A DNA stretch of 32,000 nucleotides from Candidatus Jordarchaeales archaeon (GCA_038889235.1 JAWAHN010000001.1:344499-376498), one strand, 5' to 3'. Positions 1 to 8,797 are shown, numbered from the stretch's first letter. Program-made: numbers and translations. Notes: a model not told the origin generated them from the sequence alone.

Positions 1-2929
1 GGCTGACACCCTGCAGGCTGAGCTGGCCAGACAAGCTAGCGCCGGACAGCTGCAGTGAGCCGTCGAGCGTTATGCTGCCCGACGGCAGGCTGACAACAGT
101 CCTGCCATCCATGCTCAGGCTGCCGGTCATGTTGAGCGAGCCGCTCAGAGAGGCTAGGTTAATGTTGCTGTTGGGGCCTATTGTTATTGTTGTGTTTTGT
201 GTTGTGGTTTGTAGGTTGAGGTTGTTGATGTTTGTTGTGGCTTGGAGGTTTGTTTGTGTGAGTTGGAGGGTTCCGGTTAGGGTTATTGTGGTGGATGGGA
301 GTTGTATGATTGTTTTTCCTCCGCTTATTTCTAGGTTTCCTGTGAGTGTGATGGTGCTGTTTATGTTGAGTGTTGTGCTTCCTTCGCTTAGTGTGATTGT
401 TGTCTTGTCTGTTGTTATGTTTGCGTTTGCGGTTATGTCGAGGGTGCCGTTTAGTGTTCCGTTGAGGGATAGTTGTCCGTTGAGTGTGATTTTTCCGTTG
501 TCTGGCATGTTTATTTCGGTGTTTCCGGTTAGTTGTATGTTTCCCTGCATGTTTATGCCGCCTTTAAGGGTGGCATTTAGTGTTCCTGTTCCTGTTGTTA
601 GTGCTATGTTTCCGTTGCTGATTGTTATGTTGGTTGAGTCTGGGGATGTTGTGTTGATGGATATTGTTGAGTTTGTGATGTTTAGTTGTGTGTTGGTTGC
701 GTTTATTGTTATGCTTGGTGTTTGGAGGAGGAGGTTGTTGAGGCCTGTTAGTGTGGCGTTGTCTGTTGTGAGGTTTAGGCTTATTGCTGTGTTTGTGAGG
801 GTTGCGTTGAGCTGGTTGATGCTTATGGCTGCTTTGCTGGGTGTGACGTCGAGAAGCGCGTTTATGTTGTGTATGGTTCCTCCGCCGCTGGAGGTTATGT
901 TGGCTTTGAGCTGTGTGTTGGTTGCGTTGAGTTTTAGTGTTCCGTCTGTGAGTTCGACGTTTGGATTAGCCATTTCGAGTGATATTGCCGTGTTGGGGTT
1001 TATTGTGGCGCTCCCTTGTATTCCGAGTGTGAGTGGATTGTCCTGCGTCGAGGAAACGGATATTTCTGTGCTAGTGATGTTTAGTGTGCTGTTGTCTGTG
1101 GACATTGTGAGGTTGAGGGTTCCTGTTAGGGATAGGGCGCCTGAGGCGTTAAGCTTCGTGCTTGGTGATGTAAGAGTCAGGTTGAGGTTCTGGAGGCTCG
1201 TTGTACCTGAGGTGGTGAGGGTCAGGCTGCCGGAGGTTATGTTTCCGCTCATTGGCGGGTTAAGGGAGACACGCATGGGGTTTGCCACGATGACGGACAT
1301 GTTCATGCTTAGCGTGCCTGTGGTGGTGAGGGAGAGGTTGGCTGAGCCCGACGTGAACAACGACGTGGAGCCAGCAGTCACGTTAACGTTACCCGTCATG
1401 TTGAGGGCAAGCGTAGCCGCCGTCATGGATGCAGTACCAGTCATCGTTATATTGTCTGGCGAAATGTAGGAGTATCCTCCGGGCATCGAGACGTAGCCGC
1501 TAAGCGTCAAGCCGAGTGTGTTGGTGGTGTCGTAGCTGCGCTGCAGGTCGAGTGTGCCGTTAAGCGTTAACCCGCCCTGTATAGTGACGTTAGTTGATGC
1601 GGGGAACCACTGGGAGCCACTCAAGTCAAAGCGCAGTCCGCTGGTAAGTGTCTGGCTGTATGAGGTAAGACGGACATTTGTTTGAGTTAGGTTCTGTAGA
1701 CCAACCATGAAGACTGAGCCGCCGGTAGTCCAGCCCCAAGAACTGAAGCTAAATGCTTCAAGGTGCACGCGGAGACTGTTTGCAGGATACGTCGGGGACG
1801 GAACAACCCTGATAGCACTAGAAGTCGTCGAATTAAGGGTAAAGGTCATGTAAGCAGAATCCCAAGTCAACATCTGCATACGCGTATCGGTTACACGTAT
1901 GAGCCCGTCATTAATGAGCATAGGGTTAATAGGTGTAGGCTGAGGATTCTGAGGGCTAGAAACACTCCAAGACTCAAAATCAGTATTCGCCCCCCACCTA
2001 ATGTAATACAGAGAACTGTAGCAATTCTCATACGTTTCCATGTTTATTATTTCATCATTCATGTCAACAGCATACAAACCTAAATACAGTGATAGTGTTG
2101 GGAGGACGCCGTCGTGCGCCATTTGGCTTAGGTTAACGTATGGGTATGTTGGGTAATACTGGTAGGCTTCCCTGTCAGAACTAGTACCCAAGATGGTATG
2201 TCTAACATATAGGTAGAATTCTATGTGTGTGGTGTTGATTGTTATGAAAAGGTGGCAGTATGCAGTACCGAGCGCCACGCTTCGTATTAGGTATGTGTAT
2301 GTTTGTATGTATCCGCTGTTTACTTTTATTGGTGCTCTTACGTCTATTTTTGTTGTGTTTGAGGCGTTTGCGTAGTCTCCTATGTATCCTGCTCCTCCTG
2401 GTCCTGTGGTGAATCGTACGTAGTATTGTTTGAGTTGTTGGTTTAGGCAGTCTTCTGTCACTGCTCCTGTGGCGTCTGTTACTGCTCCTATGGTTATGTT
2501 TCCTTGGGCTGTGAAGTTTGCTGGGGTTGTTGTGGTGCCGTTTATTGTGATTTGTCCGCCTGAGCCTAGTGGGTATCCTTGGTGGAATTCTGTGGTGATT
2601 GTGTCCATTGTGAATGGGTTGTTGGTTGTGTTTGTCATTGTGAGTGTTGGTGATATGGTTAGGTTGGCGTTGCTGCTTGTATTTGTTATTTGGAGGTTTC
2701 CCGTTATGGTGCTTAGTCCTGTTACTGTTATTGGGCTCCATGCTGTGAGGTTTCCTGTCAGGCTTGCTTGTCCTGTTATTGCTTGGAGTGGTTGGGGTTG
2801 CTGTTGCTGGGGTGTTATCGCGGCTAGTATGATTGGGGTTGGGGTTATTGAGAGGAATATGAGGAGTATTATTGCAAGTGTGCTTATTGTTAGTAGCGTG
2901 ATTTTTTTGTGATTGCCTCTTCTATCCAA
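1..2929 (-). CDS. Giant secreted/surface glycoprotein, Thr/Asn/Ser/Leu-rich beta-repeat protein (3' end outside window, at least 976 aa)
   Basis: Hand translation of the minus strand gives an open frame from TTG at 2929 (purine-rich AGGAAGGAGAG just upstream) to the window edge. It begins MDRRGNHKKITLLTISTLAIILLIFLSITPTPIILA (signal peptide) and has more than 30 N-x-S/T sequons. The ORF track lacks it because there is no stop in the window. Confidence 0.9.
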   Translation of the reverse strand, partial: MDRRGNHKKITLLTISTLAIILLIFLSITPTPIILAAITPQQQQPQPLQAITGQASLTGNLTAWSPITVTGLSTITGNLQITNTSSNANLTISPTLTMTNTTNNPFTMDTITTEFHQGYPLGSGGQITINGTTTTPANFTAQGNITIGAVTDATGAVTEDCLNQQLKQYYVRFTTGPGGAGYIGDYANASNTTKIDVRAPIKVNSGYIQTYTYLIRSVALGTAYCHLFITINTTHIEFYLYVRHTILGTSSDREAYQYYPTYPYVNLSQMAHDGVLPTLSLYLGLYAVDMNDEIINMETYENCYSSLYYIRWGANTDFESWSVSSPQNPQPTPINPMLINDGLIRVTDTRMQMLTWDSAYMTFTLNSTTSSAIRVVPSPTYPANSLRVHLEAFSFSSWGWTTGGSVFMVGLQNLTQTNVRLTSYSQTLTSGLRFDLSGSQWFPASTNVTIQGGLTLNGTLDLQRSYDTTNTLGLTLSGYVSMPGGYSYISPDNITMTGTASMTAATLALNMTGNVNVTAGSTSLFTSGSANLSLTTTGTLSMNMSVIVANPMRVSLNPPMSGNITSGSLTLTTSGTTSLQNLNLTLTSPSTKLNASGALSLTGTLNLTMSTDNSTLNITSTEISVSSTQDNPLTLGIQGSATINPNTAISLEMANPNVELTDGTLKLNATNTQLKANITSSGGGTIHNINALLDVTPSKAAISINQLNATLTNTAISLNLTTDNATLTGLNNLLLQTPSITINATNTQLNITNSTISINTTSPDSTNITISNGNIALTTGTGTLNATLKGGINMQGNIQLTGNTEINMPDNGKITLNGQLSLNGTLNGTLDITANANITTDKTTITLSEGSTTLNINSTITLTGNLEISGGKTIIQLPSTTITLTGTLQLTQTNLQATTNINNLNLQTTTQNTTITIGPNSNINLASLSGSLNMTGSLSMDGRTVVSLPSGSITLDGSLQLSGASLSGQLSLQGVS

Positions 2930-3502
2930 TTTTCTCTCCTTCCTTAGGTTTTCTAATATCTCTCTATGTTTTTTTTTGTATTTTTTAAATATTTTGTTTG
3001 CGATTTTCGCTTTCTATTTTGTTGATTTTTGTTTTTTCCGCTATTTTTACTGCTTTCATCTTTTTGTTTTTGTTTATAGTTTATTTTTTCTTTGGTTTTG
3101 TATATATGTTTCAGTATGCACACCTGTTGTGTGTTGTGTTTTCGGCAATTTTTTCGTTTGTTTTACCGTTTTTGGTTTGTTTTAAAGGGGGGGTTGAATA
3201 TTTCGCAAATAAAGTTTTGGTAATTTTTGGAGGGTGGAGGTTGAGTGTTTTTGGTGTTGATGGTTTTCGGGTTACTGTTTTTCTGTTGGGTTCCCGGGTG
3301 GTGTCGTGGATGGTTTTCATGAAAAGGGGATTACGTGACTGTGTGTTGTTTGTTGATTTTGGGTTGGAGTTTGCCGGGTGGAAGGGGGGTTGTGGTGAAG
3401 TTGTTTTGTTGCGGTTGCTGTAGGGTTTAGTGGTAGCTGTTTTTGTTTTTAAGTGGAAGAGTATTTTGAAAAGTTTTATATGTATATGGTGAAAATTAGT
3501 GG

Positions 3503-4102
3503 ATGGTTGTCTTTGGGGGTGTTTGTTTGGTTGAGTTTTCTGAGGTGTTGGAGGCTGCCCTGCAGAGGATTCTTGGCGAGGTCGAAGTTGACGAGGATGG
3601 TAGGGTTTTCTATAGGGGTGTGCGGTATATTTTCTTGGAGCAGGATCTCTTAATGTGTGTTTTTGAGGAGTTGATGAATGTTATTGGGGCTTCTATGAAG
3701 GCTTTGATATTTCCTTTCGTTGAGATTTCAGGTTACACTGTGGCTAGGCAGTTGATGGATAGTGGGGTTCCGCCTGAGAGGGTTATTGAGGCTTACGCGG
3801 AGTACAATAATCCGAGAGGTTGGGGGTTGACTGAGGCTGTTAGGGTTGACTTGGATAAGCCTGAGGTTGTCGTCAGAATGTATAATCAGTATGTTTCTTC
3901 TTGGCTTAGGGAGAACGTGAAGGATTTGGATAAGCGTTTTCCGTTTTACGAGTGTGCTTGGGGGTTTAGCTGGGTTGGAGCCGTCAGGGCTGTCCTTGAG
4001 AGGCTTGGACGTGGATCCGTGAGGCTTGTGTTTGAGGAGACGGAGTGCCTCGCTAAGGGAGGAAAGTACTGTGAGTTCGTTGTAAGGGGTGAGGAAAGGT
4101 GA
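3503..4102 (+). CDS. V4R (vinyl-4-reductase) domain protein
   Basis: RGWG motif, YEC, and C-terminal EETECLAKGGKYCEF V4R signature. The true start may be TTG 3527. Confidence 0.85.
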   Translation: MVVFGGVCLVEFSEVLEAALQRILGEVEVDEDGRVFYRGVRYIFLEQDLLMCVFEELMNVIGASMKALIFPFVEISGYTVARQLMDSGVPPERVIEAYAEYNNPRGWGLTEAVRVDLDKPEVVVRMYNQYVSSWLRENVKDLDKRFPFYECAWGFSWVGAVRAVLERLGRGSVRLVFEETECLAKGGKYCEFVVRGEER

Positions 4103-4644
4103 GCGGTGAAGCAACTAGGCTTGTTAGGGAGTTTATGAAGCGACTTAAGGTGACGGTTGATGGGAGCCTCGTGGCTGACTCTAAGAGGTTTGTTTTTACG
4201 CCCGGCTTGCTTGTTAGCGTGGCGATTTTCGCCGTACCGGTGGAACGTTTTGGTGGCAGTGTGAAACCGCTCTTTAGGAGAGCTTTCATAAAATATGGTA
4301 CGAGGAGGGCGATGAAGGACGAAGGGCTTGGTGCTAGGGGGGCGCTGGAGAAGTACTTGGCCGACAACACTTCTACTGGTTTTGGTAGGGGTGAGCTTGT
4401 CGAGTTTAACGAGCAACGGGTTGTTTTCAGGGTTTACGGCTCACTTTACGGTGAAGAGGCGGGAAACTATTTCAAGATGAAGGGGATGGAGACTGAGCCC
4501 TTATGCACGCAAGGCTTCGTGGCTGAGGGGATACTCAACTACTTCGCGGAAAAAGAGGGGAAGCCGCTTTTCTCGTCGCAGGAGGTTAAGTGTAGGGCTG
4601 TGGGGGACGAGTACTGCGAGTTCGTGCTAGAAAGGAAAACTTAA
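4099..4644 (+). CDS. V4R domain protein (second of tandem pair)
   Basis: TGFGRG, PLC and QEVKCRAVGDEYCEF signature; GTGA overlap with the upstream stop. Confidence 0.85.
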   Translation: MSGEATRLVREFMKRLKVTVDGSLVADSKRFVFTPGLLVSVAIFAVPVERFGGSVKPLFRRAFIKYGTRRAMKDEGLGARGALEKYLADNTSTGFGRGELVEFNEQRVVFRVYGSLYGEEAGNYFKMKGMETEPLCTQGFVAEGILNYFAEKEGKPLFSSQEVKCRAVGDEYCEFVLERKT

Positions 4645-4671
4645 ACAATTCCGGTTTCTTGCGTGGTGTCT

Positions 4672-5241
4672 TCATAGTTGTTTTTTCCAACAGAATATTT
4701 TTTGTATGAGTGTTCTTGCTGTTTTTGGGTCTGGGGTTTCGTCTTGTTTTCCTGTAAGCCTGTGTAGGGTTTCGGCCATTTGGAGTGTTACTGGGTGGAA
4801 GCCGAAGGCTAGGATTATTCTTTCTCTCGCGTCTGCTAGTAGCTGGTAGACTTGGCGCATCGGGGTTTGCCTAGAGAGAAGGAGTGAGACTGCTCTGTCA
4901 AGCTCCCAGAGTATTGTTGCAAGTTGATCCCACTGGTTTTGCGTTTGCCTGGATTTCTCGACGACTTCTTGTGCCTTGAGCCTGGCCTGCTGGGGGTCCT
5001 CGGCCCACACGTTGACTGTTATACTTGAGCCCGAAAGCTTCAATTCGTATAACGCCTTTCTCCCCGAGTCGAGTGACATCAGTCTGATTTCGCCTGCCGC
5101 CGTGATGAAGCTCTCCGTTAAAAGAATGCATGCGGAGCGCTGCGATATGGCACAGTAGATGGACTGGAGAAGTGAGGGACTGTCTACGTTCAGCGTTATG
5201 GAAGCATCTGGAGACTTGTGAAACTTCGGAGGAAAGGTCAA
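4672..5241 (-). CDS. Hypothetical protein (alpha/beta N-terminal half, helical C-terminal half)
   Basis: 189-aa ORF; TTG start preceded by a strong SD (GGAGGTG); no recognised family. Confidence 0.7.
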   Translation of the reverse strand: MTFPPKFHKSPDASITLNVDSPSLLQSIYCAISQRSACILLTESFITAAGEIRLMSLDSGRKALYELKLSGSSITVNVWAEDPQQARLKAQEVVEKSRQTQNQWDQLATILWELDRAVSLLLSRQTPMRQVYQLLADARERIILAFGFHPVTLQMAETLHRLTGKQDETPDPKTARTLIQKIFCWKKQL

Positions 5242-5412
5242 CGAGAGGCACCTCCCGGGGCAAGACGCGCCTACAAAATCAGGAAGAGAAGATTACTGAT
5301 AGATAAAACCTTCCCTGTTCTCCTGCGCTATTCTAAACTGCACACCTTGATTTGGCACCATCCCTTTCCTGGGCCTCTCGTTGGAGGAGACTTCTTTTGG
5401 GAGACCGGGTTC

Positions 5413-5844
5413 TTAGTCTGTTGACGGGTAGGTTAGTATTATGTTCCCTGAGTCGTTTATTGTGAAGTCGTAGTCGTATGTTTTATGCTCGCTGCATATG
5501 ACAAGTTTGTACTTGTGCCCCTTCTGGAGCTTGCTTTTAGGCTGTAGGGTTACCTCCCTAGTTTCCTCTATAGGTGGTTCGGGTACCCTGTGGGAGGCTA
5601 ACATTACTAGGCGCTTGGTTGTTGTTACTAGTCCGAAAAAGTGCTTCTGCTTTTCCGGCTCATCTAAAAGTTCGACGAGACGAATGCTTAAGAAGCCGTG
5701 GCACTCATATCCCAGGTTTTTTATAGTAAGGGTTACTGTGCCGTCGTTCACGCAGATGGATTTCACTTCTAACTTAGAGCGCCTCTTCTCTAACTCTTCA
5801 AGTTCCTGTGGCCCGCTTAACCGTCTGAAACCGTAACACCACAT
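5413..5844 (-). CDS. Hypothetical beta-rich protein
   Basis: 143-aa ORF with alternating hydrophobic strands (VTLTIKNLG, YKLVIC, YDFTI); start uncertain. Confidence 0.6.
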   Translation of the reverse strand: MWCYGFRRLSGPQELEELEKRRSKLEVKSICVNDGTVTLTIKNLGYECHGFLSIRLVELLDEPEKQKHFFGLVTTTKRLVMLASHRVPEPPIEETREVTLQPKSKLQKGHKYKLVICSEHKTYDYDFTINDSGNIILTYPSTD

Positions 5845-5914
5845 TTTTTCTCGAATGAGAATCTAAACAAATCAGGTTTTAAACTTTTTGGATGATTTAC
5901 ACAGCGCATTTGTG

Positions 5915-5975
5915 TCTCCCTCTCGGGCTGGTTCCTGCACCTGAATGGCTCCCTGTTAGCCCGAGAGACGTGAGA
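5915..5975 (+). other. GC-rich stem-loop upstream of selB
   Basis: Perfect 10-bp inverted repeat CTCTCGGGCT (5920-5929) / AGCCCGAGAG (5958-5967), extendable by TCTC/GAGA. Strand assignment is tentative. Confidence 0.5.
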
Positions 5976-6087
5976 GTTTTGGGGGCAGAGGGGAAGAGGG
6001 AGCTGCTTGTTGTAGTGCTTTGTAGGTTCTTGGTTGAGAAAAAGGGTTTTTATTTCTCTGTTCGCCTGTTGGGTTTGGTGGAATGTT

Positions 6088-7479
6088 TTGATCCCTGTTC
6101 ACGTGGGACTTCTGGGACATGTAGATCATGGGAAGACGTCTCTGGCGCGAGCTCTCAGCGAGTACGTTTCCACTGCTGGTCTTGACAAGCACCCCCAGGC
6201 TAGGGAGAGGGAGATGACGATAGACTTAGGTTTCACTTTCTTTAGGCTTGACGGTTTTCTGGTGACGTTGGTGGATGCTCCGGGGCATGCTGACCTCGTG
6301 AGGAACGTTGTGGCGGGCGTTAACATCATCGACGCAGCGATACTCGTCGTTGCAGCAGATGAGGGTCCTAAGGTTCAGACTGGTGAGCACATATTGATAC
6401 TTCACACTTTCGGAATTTCGAGGGTTGTCGTGGCTATTAACAAGGTGGACTTGGTTGGTGAGGAGCGAGTTGCAGAGGTTGAAGAGCAGGTTAGGAGGAT
6501 TCTTAAGGGAACTGTGCTCGAGGGGGCTCCCATAGTGAGGATTTCAGCCGCCACCGGAGAAGGTTTAGAGGAGCTCAAGAGGAGACTTCTCAGCGTTTTG
6601 GATGTCCCGAAGAGGAATTTTGATGGACCGTTCATGATGCCAATAGACCACGCATTCCACGTTAAAGGGGCGGGGACTGTCGTTACTGGGACGGTTCACC
6701 GGGGAGTTGTGAGGGTTGGTGACACCGTTGACCTAATGCCGCTTGGGTTAAGTGTGAAGGTGAGGTCCATTCAGTCCGTCGGGGAGGACAGAGAGGAAGC
6801 TAGGGCGGGGGACAGGGTTGGCGTGGCAGTTTCCGGGGTGGAGCCTGAGAAGATATACAGGGGGTGCTACCTCGGCGCTCCCGGCACTTTAAAGGCTACG
6901 ACGAGGATAATTGCAAGAGTGAAGTTCAACAGGATCTTCAAGTACGCGTTGAAAAGCGGCTCAGACGTGCATTTGACCGTGGGTATGCCGACCGTTCCAG
7001 CCAAAATATACCCGCTGAGAGAGGTTGGGGACGGGGTTTACATCTCCGTGAGGGAGGTTAGGGGTGGCGAGGAGGCGAACTGCTACTTCGTCCTTGGCAG
7101 GGCTGTTGTGGCTGAGGAGGGGATGCCCGTCTTAGTCTCTAAACTCGACCTACCTCCGACGGTTCTTAGGATAGCTGGAGGCGGCAGAGTTGTCGACGCC
7201 AGTCCGGGAAGCGTTAGGCTAGCTTCGGAGAAGGTTAAGAGGGGGGTTGTTAGGATGAGGAAAGGTGAAAGGTGGGTTGTGAGTGGGCTTGCGTCCAGCC
7301 GCATAGGGGCGGAGAAGCTTGTCGGCGAGTGCGTTGAGGCTGCTGGAGGGGCTAAGGGAAGAATTGTTGAGGCGTTCGGCGGCAGGGGGGATGTGGTGGT
7401 CGAGTTCACGGGAAGCGTTACAGAGGGTGAAGAGGTACACTTAAAGATTCTGAAGTTTAAGGAGGGGGCGCTGCCTTGA
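6088..7479 (+). CDS. selB: Selenocysteine-specific translation elongation factor SelB (archaeal/eukaryotic type)
   Basis: GHVDHGKT, TIDLGF, DAPGHADL, EGPKVQTGEH, NKVD, PIDHAF..KGAGTVVTGT, VRSIQ, and a domain IV GLASS..GAEKLVG segment as in Methanococcus SelB. TTG 6088 preferred over the ORF-track start 6034. Confidence 0.93.
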   Translation: MIPVHVGLLGHVDHGKTSLARALSEYVSTAGLDKHPQAREREMTIDLGFTFFRLDGFLVTLVDAPGHADLVRNVVAGVNIIDAAILVVAADEGPKVQTGEHILILHTFGISRVVVAINKVDLVGEERVAEVEEQVRRILKGTVLEGAPIVRISAATGEGLEELKRRLLSVLDVPKRNFDGPFMMPIDHAFHVKGAGTVVTGTVHRGVVRVGDTVDLMPLGLSVKVRSIQSVGEDREEARAGDRVGVAVSGVEPEKIYRGCYLGAPGTLKATTRIIARVKFNRIFKYALKSGSDVHLTVGMPTVPAKIYPLREVGDGVYISVREVRGGEEANCYFVLGRAVVAEEGMPVLVSKLDLPPTVLRIAGGGRVVDASPGSVRLASEKVKRGVVRMRKGERWVVSGLASSRIGAEKLVGECVEAAGGAKGRIVEAFGGRGDVVVEFTGSVTEGEEVHLKILKFKEGALP

Positions 7480-8795
7480 TGGAACTGGAAAAATATGTCT
7501 CCGACGTCCTTCCGAGGAGTATGGCGTCGCACGGGTTGACGATTTACAAGGCTGTCCTTAAGCCTCTCAAGGTGTTGCTGGAGCAGAGGAGGATTCCGGA
7601 GGAGGGATGGAGGGACGAGGATGTCAGGCTGCTCTTAAAGCTCTTCTCGATGATGGACACGGACAAGGACCCTGAGGCGGCTAGGGTTGGGGAGAGGGAG
7701 GGGAGGGTTGCGTCGCAGCTTGTCGCTGAGCTTGCCGCGGGGTTCTGCCACGGCGTTGGGAGAAGTGGGGATGTGGCTGCTCCTCAGCCGAAGGCTCCCG
7801 GTAGCTCTGCGATGTACGCGCTGGCCAACGCTTTGGCGTCTGATGCTATGAGGAGGTTTGGTGCTCCAAACTTGCGTCACGCTGTCGTTTTGCCGTTGTC
7901 GACTGGGATGAGCATAGCCCTTGCACTGGCAGCCTTGAAGAGAGGGGAGGGAAGGTACGTTGTGTATCCTAGGGTTGACCACAAGTCGCCTATGAAGGCT
8001 GTGGAGCTTGTCGGGCTCAAGTTGAGGGTTGTGGAGGGGGTTGTTGAGGGGGACGCTGTGAGGGTTCCAGTTGAAGACGTCGCCGAAGCAGTCGACGACG
8101 ACACTGCGGCTATAGTTTCGACGACCACGTTCTTCCCGCCTAGGGAGCCAGACAACATTAAGGAGATAGCTAAGGTTGCAAGGGATCTCGGTGTGCCTCA
8201 CATAGTGAACAACGCTTACGGTGTTCAGAGCAGGGAGATAATGAGGATGGTTAGGGGGGCCGTTGACGCGGGGAGAGTTGACGCGGTAATCCAGAGCACT
8301 GATAAAAACTTCCTCACACCGGTGGGCGGCTCTGTAGTCGCCGCCAAGGAGGAAGGGGTGATCGAGAGGATCAGCGGGATGTACGCTGGGAGGGCGACAG
8401 CCGCCCCCGTAGTGCAGTTCCTTGCAGCCATACTCTGCCTCGGAGTTAAAGGATACGAGAGACTTAGGGACGAGCAGGAGGAGAACAGAAGGCTACTCGA
8501 GAAGCTTTTAGGGGAGGTTGCGGAGAGGCATGGTGAGAGGCTGCTGAACGTGTTCAACCCTATAGCGTGCGCCATGACCCTGACCGGGAAGGAGCCGGTG
8601 AAAATTGGCGCCGCTCTCTACAACTTGAGGGTTAATGGTCCTCGCGCCCTGGGGCCAGAGGACTGGGGGGTGTGCTGTAAGAGGTATAAGACAGCCTACT
8701 TAACCATGAACGCCGCTATAGGGGCTAGTAGGAGGGATGTTGAGGTAGCTGTTGAAAGGCTTGAAGTGGCGCTCAGACAAGTGTGTGAAGGATGA
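7479..8795 (+). CDS. spcS: O-phosphoseryl-tRNA(Sec) selenium transferase (SepSecS)
   Basis: VGEREGRV, HGVGRSGDV..PQPKAPGSS, VNNAYG and QSTDKNF (PLP lysine). ATG overlaps the selB stop (TGATG). Confidence 0.95.
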   Translation: MELEKYVSDVLPRSMASHGLTIYKAVLKPLKVLLEQRRIPEEGWRDEDVRLLLKLFSMMDTDKDPEAARVGEREGRVASQLVAELAAGFCHGVGRSGDVAAPQPKAPGSSAMYALANALASDAMRRFGAPNLRHAVVLPLSTGMSIALALAALKRGEGRYVVYPRVDHKSPMKAVELVGLKLRVVEGVVEGDAVRVPVEDVAEAVDDDTAAIVSTTTFFPPREPDNIKEIAKVARDLGVPHIVNNAYGVQSREIMRMVRGAVDAGRVDAVIQSTDKNFLTPVGGSVVAAKEEGVIERISGMYAGRATAAPVVQFLAAILCLGVKGYERLRDEQEENRRLLEKLLGEVAERHGERLLNVFNPIACAMTLTGKEPVKIGAALYNLRVNGPRALGPEDWGVCCKRYKTAYLTMNAAIGASRRDVEVAVERLEVALRQVCEG

Positions 8796-8797
8796 CA

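Noticed and set aside
72-2912. Plus-strand ORFs 72-1469, 1763-2083 and 2430-2912 (Val/Leu/Met-rich) and minus ORF 2202-2741
   Set aside because: Antisense or off-frame shadows of the real minus-strand surface protein; their length follows from the G/T skew.
2930-3500. Replication origin (long AT-rich gap with G strings such as AAAGGGGGGGTT and TGGAAGGGGGG)
   Set aside because: No TTCCA-x-TGGAA ORB palindromes, no cdc6/orc1 nearby, and no skew inversion here.
2913-3653. Phe-rich membrane-protein-like ORFs (2913-3185, 2998-3423, 3453-3653) and 3111-3320
   Set aside because: Products of T-rich intergenic sequence; no SD, motif or normal codon usage.
5891-5975. Permuted tRNA-Sec or C/D box sRNA upstream of selB
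   Set aside because: The stem resembles a 9-bp acceptor, but there is no UCA anticodon arm or T loop. GATGA and CTGA are present but without D'/C' boxes at guide spacing.
7477-8795. Regulatory UGA read-through of selB or spcS (both end in TGA)
   Set aside because: TGA is explained by the TGATG overlap and base composition; read-through of selB adds only about 20 unremarkable codons.
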